From: Macrostomum lignano
Lineage: Eukaryota
Direction of reading: 5' to 3'
DNA length: 64,000 nt
NCBI GenBank assembly: GCA_002269645.1
Contig: NIVC01000070.1
Location: 434,001-498,000, forward strand
How positions within the stretch are numbered: the stretch's first letter is position 1; each line of letters starts with the position of its first letter. This document shows positions 54,813 to 64,000 of this stretch, piece after piece. Below the pieces are notes generated by a model, which saw nothing but the letters and a program-made list of their open reading frames with translations, searched no databases and was not told the origin of the DNA. Both the position numbers and the translations under genes were made by a program.

Positions 54813-55132
54813 GTAAGTTACGAGTAATTATTTTTCAATAGTCTAGCAAATATTAAAGCGATTGAGAGAGTCTTAGAACTGCTTCATACGATTTCATTCC
54901 AGTGAATGGCAAGCAACTGTGTCTTGGGCGAGGAACTGCCCGCTTACTAAAACCGTTTGCATAAGCAATGAATTGGTGAATCTCTTAACTTCTGCTCTAA
55001 CTATATAGGATTTTTTCATTGTGCAATGGTTGGTGCATTTAGCCTGAAACAGACAAAAAATACGTAAATAAATAGATAACATAGATAAAAAGAATAAATT
55101 AAAATTCAAGTTTGAGTCTTCAAACTCTACGA

Positions 55133-55632
55133 AATGGCGTACGCACAGCGAAGTCCATGGTGGGGAGGCCCCTCCCCCAAGTGGCTCCTCCAATCACTCT
55201 ACAAAAAGTTATACTTCTCCAAAAACTAATTTAAAAAGTAACCGACCTCGACCAATGACAGGAGCTTAACTTTTGCCATCTTTTGAGCATTGCAGCAACT
55301 GGCCTAAGAGACAGGAATAGTGGGCGCCCACCAAGAGACAGGGGCGCCCACCAAGAGACAGTGGTACCCACCAAAAGAGATCGTGGCACCCACTAAAAGA
55401 GAGCTTAAAAGAGAGCTTTGGCGCTTACCAAAAGAGAGAAGGGTACACACCAAGAGACAGTGGTACCCACCAAGAGACAGTGGTACCCACCAAGAGACAG
55501 TGGTACCCACCAAGAGACAGTGGTACCCACCAAGAGACAGTGGTACCCATCAAGAGACAGTGGCACCCACCAAAAGAGAGAGGAGTGCCCACCAAGAGAC
55601 ATTGGCACCCACCAAAAGTTTCTACGCCACTT
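55133..55632. mobile_element. MITE-like element (TGGCGTA...TACGCCA termini) enclosing a 20-bp array (GGTACCCACCAAGAGACAGT, 55317-55615)
   Basis: Imperfect terminal inverted repeats flank the array; no TSD identified. Confidence 0.45.
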
Positions 55633-55741
55633 TCCAAAAGCATTCATTGCCCAGTTTTTTTCATAGTTTAGCTAAAAAGACTCTATTTTGGACCATTTAT
55701 TAATGCTATGTTTGCAATACATAACTCATATGAAACCATAG

Positions 55742-56226
55742 GGAGAAGTTCGAAACCAGCTTATGCGGTTTTTCCAATCCAACAACGTATCGGCACTGCA
55801 ACAAAAATTGACGATTGGCAACTGCGACTTACCAGATATACACGGGAGGACGATTCTGTGGCAGTGCGTCCAGGACAACCAGAGCAATGAATCCCTACTG
55901 CGCCTTCTGATGAGCAAAGCTGACCCAACTTGTGCCGACGTAGCTGGCAGCAGCTGCTTGCATGCGGCGGTGCGTAAAGGCAACGAAGAAGTCATAAAAG
56001 CGCTCATTGACGCAGGAGTAAACGTGAACGAGCGAACTGAAGACGGCGTTACCGCTTTAATGCGCGTGGCAACCAGCTCAGAACTCTCGGACAGCGAGTC
56101 AGTAACAATTGCTGATCTGCTTCTGGATGCAGGTGCGGACTGGACGATTGAGAGCAATAGCAGCTCTACGGCCCTGAAATTCGCTGTTGAGCACGGAAAG
56201 AACAGTCTTGTCAAGCTTCTTTCGCA
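55742..56226 (+). CDS. Ankyrin-repeat exon, block 2
   Basis: DIHGRTILWQCV, DVAGSSCLHAAVRKGNEEVIKALIDAGVNVN, EDGVTALMRVA, SSTALKFAVEHG; donor GTGAGA at 56227 (phase 2). Confidence 0.85.
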
Positions 56227-56783
56227 GTGAGAATTATTTTTGCGAATCAAAAATTATTCATTAAAGCTTCGTTGCTTGATTACAGCAAGTACTAAAGTAA
56301 GCACTAAAGTGGCACTAAAGTAAAACTAGATCATTTGAAGTCGGCCAACATCTAAACATACGTTTTGGAGGGTACCATTAGCAAAAATTTGTTAATAGGT
56401 TAACTTAGGACTAGGCTGTACAATTTATGACTTTAAAGCACTTTAAATGATCTGAATTGTTAATTAAAATCTTAGGACTTTTTGAAGATATTAAGTATTA
56501 TGTTTTGTTTTCGAAAATCGATGCACTTTCTTCTTACTCTTAACTTTGTGCATTATTTTCCTCCATTTTAGATATGAAGGGAGATCGTATTTCGAAGTGG
56601 CTGGGTAAGGCTCGAAACTAGCTAGCTACTGTAGTTGCTTGCTTTTTCTATAGCTACTTTATTGTTTTCTTGAATCGTACGAGCGTACGGCACGGAAAAC
56701 CCGTGAAGGTCATTTACCGATTTAAAACTTACTGGTATTAGGCTGAGAAATACGCGGTGACTGTACCGGCCACCAAACGTTGT

Positions 56784-57015
56784 CACAGACAGTCCCATAG
56801 ACCATCCTTGCCACAGACATTCCCGTAGACCATCCTTGCCACAGACATTCCCGTAGACCATCCTTGCCACAGACATTCCCGTAGACCATCCTTGCCACAG
56901 ACATTCCCGTAGACCATCCTTGCCACAGACATTCCCGTAGACCATCCTTGCCACAGACATTCCCGTAGACCATCCGTGTCACAGACATTCCCATACAAAA
57001 TCCTTGCCACAGGCA
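56784..57015 (+). repeat. 28-bp minisatellite (CACAGACATTCCCGTAGACCATCCTTGC), intronic
   Basis: About 8 direct units. Confidence 0.95.
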
Positions 57016-57287
57016 GTCACCTGCATAAAAACAAATATCAAACAGTACCATAGACTATAATTGCTACAGAGAACTAGTACAGAAACCACTTTTTAACAAA
57101 GTCTGAATAATTCACACTCTGAATGTTGCTTTTGAATTACAACATTCGAGAAAGAAACCCAACTGGAAGAACCAATGATTCACGATCAGCGCAAACGTTG
57201 TTATTCATATAGTCAAACCGTTACTAAAGTAAAATTTCCGGCATTTATTATATTAAACAAACATGCTTCTACAACACAATATTTTAG

Positions 57288-58754
57288 AGCAAGTCAAGCA
57301 AGACACTCTTTAACAAGCATCGTTACTGCCTCAGCTCCAGCCAAAGCCCTTGAGTACTCAATGGTGCAACTCCAGAAGACGCAGCCTCCAAAAAGACATC
57401 TTGAAGGGTCCATGAAGGAAGATATTCTGCGAAAGTCTGAATCCTCTGAAGCTACTAGTTTAAAATATGAGACGGAAAAAATAAAGAAGCGCATTCATCC
57501 TCAAGGTCCTTCACACCGCCCGAAAGCGATTTTGGAAGAAAACACAGATTTTTCGGGTTTAAGACAATTAGAAGAATCAGGAAATGAACGACAACTGCTT
57601 CCTTCACACAGTGCAGTTCACACTGAAGAATTAGATGAAGAATCTCGTGACATTGGTGCGCCGACTTCTGCTGACACTGAAGGATCAGACAGAGAATTTT
57701 GTGATATTGGTGCACCGACCTCAGCTCACACTGAAGAAGCAGACAAAGACTCTCTCACTAATCGTCCAGTGTCGTCAATTAATCCGAAGAAAAAACAAGA
57801 GCAATGCTTTATCACTACTCCGCTTATCCGTGCAGCATCTTCAATTCACCCTGAAAGAGTAGAAGGAGAATCCAATTTTGCTTTAACGCTGCAACAAATT
57901 CGTTCGGAAAGAGAAAAAAGGGCAAGCAGAATTGATGAGTCCGATCTAGAGTCGGAACAAGAAACGAGTACTCCTAAACGACAGCAATCTATTTCCGCTG
58001 AGGAAATCGAGCGCTTGTTCGATGCGGAAGAGCCGGACAAAGTTCTGAATGAGAAGTGGAGCCGGGGCACTAACGAGACTCCTCTCATGCTATTGGCAAA
58101 AAGCGATGCAGACCCCGAACTGGCTGTTAAATTATTGAAAGCTGGCGCCTCAATTCGGGCTAAAAATTCACTTGGACAGACGCCGATTTGCATGGCCAGC
58201 ACTCAAGGGAACAATAAGTTACTTAAAATTTTTACAAACAAGTCACATATAAAGCATCTTAACGTGGTCGAAGAAGTCAACAAGCCAGACAACTCTCTTT
58301 CGACGCCTCTGATGCACGCGGCCGCGAATAACCATCCAGATACGGTGAAGTTGCTGCATAGCATGGGAGCCGATGTAAAGAAAGTGGTAAGAACTTATTG
58401 ATGCTTACATAACTATGATTTAAGTTGCGTCCAGGCCCATCTCGCCTATTGCGTCCTCGCCTCAAATTACTAATAGGACCGGTGCAAGCTTACCGCCCTA
58501 GCGCACGCCGCCAAGCGGGGGTCGCAAAACTGTGTGGCCATTCTGATCGATATCGGAGCCGAGGCAAACACCAAAGACTTCTGCGACAACACGCCTCTAA
58601 TTTGGGCCGCTAGGGGAAATTACCTGGAAGTGATCAAGGAATTGAGTCGAGTTCCGGAGCTTGAGTGGACTCATCGAGGGGAGTACAAGATGACAGCGTT
58701 GGAATGGGCCAAGTTCAATAAATTTCAGGACTGCTGCGATCTCATCCAACAGAG
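57288..58754 (+). CDS. Acidic linker plus ankyrin-repeat block 3; exons 57288-58386 and 58477-58754
   Basis: Phase-2 acceptor at 57287 matches the donor at 56227; the phase-0 junction 58386/58477 gives KKV|DRCKLTALAHAAKRG. Repeats NETPLMLLAK, GQTPICMAS, LSTPLMHAAANNH, DNTPLIWAARG. Confidence 0.85.
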
Positions 58755-59333
58755 GTAAATGCAACAATTCTTCCAGGAAACTTAACTTGCGTCACGGATA
58801 TTTTAGATCTGTAATTTTTAGGAGCGTAGGCTACAAGAGTCCATTAAGTCGAGCCATGTAATTATTCGAGTCGATTTACGCAGAAAGAAGATCGAACTTA
58901 AGTGATTTTTGTCATAAGGACATTCGAAAATTTTCATAAATGAGGTCAGTATTACCTAACTAGCTCATACTATTAGGAACTTCTTTCAGCTTCACGCTTT
59001 GTACAACCCGCTTTTTAAGCATGTAAGCCCCTGGCAAAGACCAGTTATTTGAACAGTAGCGTCTCTACGCTAGTAGTGGACAATGTGATACAATTTAGCT
59101 AGCCACTGTCATCAATAAACGTAAGCCCCCGAACCCATTTACGTGACCGCTCGTAATAAAAGATTTCAGAGCAATAAGCTAGTAGAGTTGCTCACGAATT
59201 TGAAAATTAATCCTAATTAATTTTAGAGCATAAATGCAAAAAACATTTATTTTAGTATGCCAAAAAGTTACCAAAGCGACGCTAGAACATTGGCTACAAG
59301 TGCCAGAGGAAGCACTGCTGAGGCTGGAGATGA

Positions 59334-60131
59334 GAACGGGCTCCGTGGAGCGAAGCTACTGCGGCGGCTGCTCCTTCCGTCGTTCCTCCATCGCTACCGC
59401 CAACAGCACCGCCAATGCCGCTGCCTCCCAATCGATACTCCATGGACAGACCCACAAGAGGCATTGCAATTATAATAAACAATGTTAACTTCAACACTGC
59501 GAGTCTACCTCGAAGGCATGGAGCAATGAACGATAGCCACGAGACGGGGCTGACACAGGCGTTCGAGAGGTTGGGACTGGAAGTAGAAATTCACTGCAAC
59601 CTGACAAGTCACTTCTTTACGCACTACCTGCCCGCTATAAACAGGCCTGTGACACAATACCAGCAGCATGATGTTTTTGTATTGTGCGTCATGAGCCACG
59701 GCCATAACGGCTGCATATTCAGTACAGACGGCCACAGAATCGAACTGGAGTCTTTGTTCAGCCAGGTGCGCGAGTGTCCCGGCCTCCGTGGCAAGCCGAA
59801 GATTTTTATTGTCCAAGCTTGCCGAGTAGTGGATGGGCCTGTGGCGCCGCGAACTCGGGTGCAATGTCTGGAAGACTGCCTGTACATCTACAGCACTTCC
59901 GAGGGTCTGGGGTCGGAGCGAAGTGGTTCAACTGGCGGCATTTTCACTAACATATTCCGTGACGTCATCATGGCGGCCGACCTGCGGTCCGAAGACTTCA
60001 ACAACCACCTGTTGCTGCAAGTTGCTAATCAAGTTAATCAAGCAACAGGGGGCCGACAGGTAGTCGAATGGGTAGTTACTCTGCAGAAGCATCTCTACTT
60101 TCCCCCAATTAGAGTTCAAAACAGAAATTAA
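59334..60131 (+). CDS. Caspase (peptidase C14A) domain, p20+p10 in one exon, preceded by a Pro-rich linker; frame open from 59334, first ATG 59415
   Basis: RGIAIIINNVNF, RRHGA, FVLCVMSHG (His codon 59697), GKPKIFIVQACR (Cys codon 59820), DCLYIYST, GGIFTNIF, LQKHLYFPP. Confidence 0.92.
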   Translation, partial: ERAPWSEATAAAAPSVVPPSLPPTAPPMPLPPNRYSMDRPTRGIAIIINNVNFNTASLPRRHGAMNDSHETGLTQAFERLGLEVEIHCNLTSHFFTHYLPAINRPVTQYQQHDVFVLCVMSHGHNGCIFSTDGHRIELESLFSQVRECPGLRGKPKIFIVQACRVVDGPVAPRTRVQCLEDCLYIYSTSEGLGSERSGSTGGIFTNIFRDVIMAADLRSEDFNNHLLLQVANQVNQATGGRQVVEWVVTLQKHLYFPPIRVQNRN

Positions 60132-60709
60132 AAGCTAACTGTTGTGTATTGCACACCTTTTCTGTTCGCATCCTCGTATCGCTGTCCTTTGTGTCCACGT
60201 TTGTCCGGCTTGAGGTGAGGTGTCTGCTTACACGCATATTTGCTGATACTTTAAAGTTGAATTGAAGAATTAATGTAAAGTTAAATGAAAAATTCTTGTG
60301 TATTCAAGGCGCGTTTATAACCTCATCAGAATTGAGGTGTTACGCAGCTTCTACATACGATTTCGTCAGTTCGTGTCCTGAATCCTAACCAAACCATAAC
60401 CCCATCCTAAATCTTAATCCTTATTCTAACCCTAATCATTAGAAACTGCGTAACGGTGTATCGTACTGAATTTATCTACAGTTACTACTGAAAGTATTTA
60501 AGATATTATTTAAGACACAAATAGTTTAGTTTTCGGTGTTTGCCGGACTTGCCTGATTGAAACAAACGATAAAGGTGGAAAATTTTGTGGTGCTTTTGAA
60601 AGGAAATTTTTCGTGTAACATTTATATGCATGTACGAGGGTTGTCCCAGAAATAGCGGGAAAACCGGCACAGAGGCTGACTGTGATATTCGAATTTGATG
60701 CAACTTGCG

Positions 60710-61629
60710 CAGTGTTGGGCAAAGTTCCGGCACTTCTGGCATTTTTAGTACCGGAAGTTACTTTTTTTAAAGCGGCACTTTTTTCCGGTTCTTTTTTTAG
60801 AATGCCGGACTTCGGTAACGGAAGTTACTTTTTGATAAGTCCGGTCCTCCGGTACTTAAACATGAAATTTTAGGTGCCAAACAGTCAATTTAGCACTAAA
60901 TAACAACTCCTTTGCAAGTTTTCTAACAAGCATAACTAGCAGTACACCAGGACGCTGCACTCGTTATTCGTGGAACATCTTTTGAAGGCCGATTTCTTCA
61001 TTTTGATGTTCGTGCAGGACGACACGAGTGATAAATTCTAAGAAGGTTTTGAGTTTTAACTCCTTGAGGCTAATTTTCATTTTCTAATTGCAGCGCAAAG
61101 ACACTATAATCAAGTTATTTTAAAGTCTTGCGCATTGGTCCATCTATAAAATTCCAGCCATAATTTGTTGTCCGGTATCTTCTTTGTTAACTGTTAACTG
61201 GCATTTCTAAGGCTCCCAGAATATTATTATTGTTGATTCTAAATGAGTCAGCAGTACAAAAGTACTGCTGACTACTGTAAAAGTACAATACTATACATGC
61301 ACAATACTATATACAAGTAGGGCGAGTGTTATTTATTCACTCAAATTTTGGACGCGATAATAACAAAAAAACATGTAGCATCTTTATTTGAGAAATAACA
61401 TCATGTTTAACTCTAGACCAACACATGTTTTTGTTTTTTTCACGAAGACATGTTTAAGTAATTTTTAATTGGCAGTTCTTTAAAATTAGAAAGGACCGGT
61501 AACGGAAGTACCGGAAGTTACTTTTCTTTAAAAGTACCGGTACCGGAAAAAGTGCCGGAAGTTCCTTTCCTTGGAACCGGAAGTTACTTAATCGGACGTT
61601 ACTTTTTCAGAGTAACTTGCACAACACTG
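60710..61629. mobile_element. Non-autonomous hAT-type DNA transposon (920 bp)
   Basis: TIRs CAGTGTTG(G/T)GCAA(A)GTT; perfect 8-bp TSD AACTTGCG (60702-60709 and 61630-61637); subterminal ACCGGAAGT repeats at both ends; no ORF. Confidence 0.9.
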
Positions 61630-62377
61630 AACTTGCGTCATAAGTATAAAAAAATCCAACGGTTATTTTGCTTTTTAAATGGGGTAAAAATGTCAATTCA
61701 ATTCAAAATAGACTAGATTTTTCAGGTGTAATGTAGTGTTTGTTTTAATAAGGTAGAATTTTTACGCTTGACGCTCTAAAGTGAATTAACATTCTGCATC
61801 CGGTTTGCACCCGGGGTTTAAGCCTGCTTAAACTCGTTCTTAAAATAAACCGGAAGCAAACCGGAAGGACGCGGATGGGACGATACCTCAACCGGATTGG
61901 ATCCCGATGATTTTAAGCTATAAATAGCTATCAATATGCATTACTGTCTTAAATGTAAATCACAAAGCAAGACAAGTTCTGAAGTTTTGCTGCTTTTTTT
62001 TTAATTTTTTAAATCGTTGAGCTGAACTTTCCTCTCCAGCTTTTCGCCCATTTTTTGCAGAATCTCGCGAGAGTATCAGGAATTAAATCTAGCCTTTCAT
62101 GACGTTCCAACGATTATTTAACGAATGTCCTATTTTATAGATAGCTAGCTAACTGCTTGTATCACTTTTCTGACAATTTTACAAATATTTTTTATATTTC
62201 TCATTTTTTAAGTGCCATTAAATGCCAATTTTTACTCTTAACAAATATTTTTAAATCTTTCCGACCATTTTGTTTAATTTGTTACAACGAATCAATTAAT
62301 TTCTGGAGTTTTTGCTGAGATCTTGATAAAAAATTAAATAAAAACTTTGCTTTATAAAAAATGATAAATTCTTATTT

Positions 62378-62675
62378 TGTGTTTTATTTTACGCTTCGAT
62401 CGATCCGTCCGTGCGGACCGCGCATACGGGGTGATCGGGGTTTGGGTACGGGACTGCCCAGAGCTTGCCGGGTATATAAGCGGGAGAGCGGCAACCCCCT
62501 AGGCGTACTTAGGGGCGCAAGTGGAGGGCTGAGAGCGTACAGACACTCAGCAGCAGCAGAGGTTTCTGGAGGTTCCAGGTCTCTGGAGGCGTACACGGAC
62601 ATTTCGCAGACCCGAATAAAGACTATGACGAGAGAAGAGAATACTTGGAAGACGAAAAATAAATGAAGAACAACA
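62378..62675 (+). mobile_element. Possible solo LTR
   Basis: GC-rich ~300-bp island bounded by TG...CA, with TATATAAG (62473) followed by AATAAA (62615); no TSD or PBS found. Confidence 0.3.
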
Positions 62676-63864
62676 CTCTGTACTTCCGGGATGGGTAACT
62701 CTCGCTGCTGCGCTTATGCAGTCTGGCTTTGCCTTGTCGCTTTAATTCGTTTTGCTCTGACTATGTACTAAGTACGTAGTGGTAGAGGGAGCAGAAGAGG
62801 CTAGAGGCATGGGGAGGGCGAGAGCCGGGCGAGGGCCGTGCGCGCACGTAAATACTTGGTGAGAGCAAGGGGTTGGGTGGGCTAAGCCACGCAGGGCTGG
62901 GGACGGGGGGTGGGGGCAAAACTCACAGTGTTGAAGAGCGAGAGAGAAAGAATTGGGGGAAGGCTGGCCAATCAGGGGCCTGCGCGGCGAGAGACATGAT
63001 TGGACTGGCCCAAACGGGAGAGAGACAGCCAGCCAGTAAAAATAAAAACAAAAAATAAAATGAAGAATGGCAGCTTAAGACAGGGGGGCAGAACAGAATG
63101 TAAACCAGCGGCAGGGAGAGGAGAGGCGGAGAGCACAGTAGTCGGGGCAAGGGCATTGTAAGGCGCAGCTCACAACATATGCACTACATTTATATCGGTG
63201 CCAGCATTTTGGCGAATCCCTGCATGGTATTGGCTGAAAGTAGCACCGTTTCAGCGCAGTTTTAAATGGGATTTTCGCATGCAATATGTCAATTGATATG
63301 CGCTCTGTTAACTAAATTTACGCCACTGTTGGTGCAGGAAAACCTATATGTACGAGTATTTAGTGGTTTCATAAAATTACAATTATATTAAAGCAAGCAT
63401 TAAGCGTATAGTATAGGATAAGTCTGGTCGGAACTTTATAATAGCTCGTTAGTTTTCCCCCACACAAACCCTTCAAAATGTTCGCATCAAATAATAAATA
63501 ATGCGCCGCTCCCAGACTCGCAATCCTGGCCGATTCTCACGGACCTTCCTGCTGGACGTGCTGGTGCGTCTTCTGAATTATCTTAGTATTGGATGGACAT
63601 GTAGTTGAATCCCCGTCCCAAATAAAAGACATAAGACCCTTAAAGTGGAAACAGACTTTTAGGGCGGCCTGTACTCACTATTTACAATGCCCGTCATCAA
63701 GCACTTGTGGCTTTTTGTAAGGGTGCAGCTGTTAACAATTCTGCTACACGCCACGCTCTGATACATTGCAATTTCCTAATTTCCTCCATAACCTAACCTA
63801 AATCCTATTCATAATAGTCTCTAAAATAGTTCCTAAATAATATTGGATTAAATACGATTCTTAA

Positions 63865-64000
63865 GCGCACAAGCGCGCGGATACATACGCAGTCATACGC
63901 ACAGGCACACACACACAGGAGTGTACAGCGGCCCTATCTTTATTCATTGTTATGGCAAGTACATTTCACTGTGCCTTGGGGGTTGGCCCTCAAGGGTCAC
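63865..64000 (-). mobile_element. SINE family A body, truncated by the window end
   Basis: Reverse complement matches 37700-37840 (GCCGCTGTACACTCCTGTGTG...GTATCCGCGCG). Confidence 0.75.

Noticed and set aside
55304-57051. ORFs WWVPLSLGG / TKRQWYPP and MSVARMVYGNVCGKDG
   Set aside because: Translations of the 20-bp and 28-bp intronic minisatellites.
60385-60435. Degenerate CCCTAA-like stretch (also ~63790)
   Set aside because: Too short and imperfect to call telomeric.

Overview
Eukaryotic, intron-containing, minisatellite-rich animal genomic DNA. My inference from gene style, TTAGGG and repeat landscape is a free-living flatworm such as Macrostomum; this is not proven. All recognisable host genes lie on the + strand: the 3' part of a DEG/ENaC channel (exons 9345-9664, 9842-10388, 16845-17026), a complete 5-exon phenylalanyl-tRNA synthetase alpha (FARSA, 22691-29140), a two-CDGSH CISD3-like gene (32665-33183), a divergent 3-exon rhodopsin-class GPCR (38302-40374), a 3-exon stum/SPEC3 homologue (41606-44978), and a 53.3-60.1 kb locus encoding SH3 repeats, three ankyrin-repeat blocks, a PxxP-rich linker and a caspase domain with an intact His/Cys dyad. 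The last is the most unusual item: a candidate SH3-ankyrin-caspase with no CARD/DED, with one frame discontinuity just upstream of the caspase. Positions 1-16.7 kb are dominated by non-autonomous Helitrons (5' TC, 3' hairpin + CTAG, A^T target) carrying minisatellite arrays and tRNA-like Pol III heads, including a head-to-tail dimer. Also present: a decayed full-length Ty3/Gypsy element with 5-bp TSD (46872-51601), a hAT-type non-autonomous element with 8-bp TSD (60710-61629), tRNA-derived SINEs, a LINE RT remnant and many intronic minisatellites. Exon boundaries were read by eye from splice consensus and phase and are untested.
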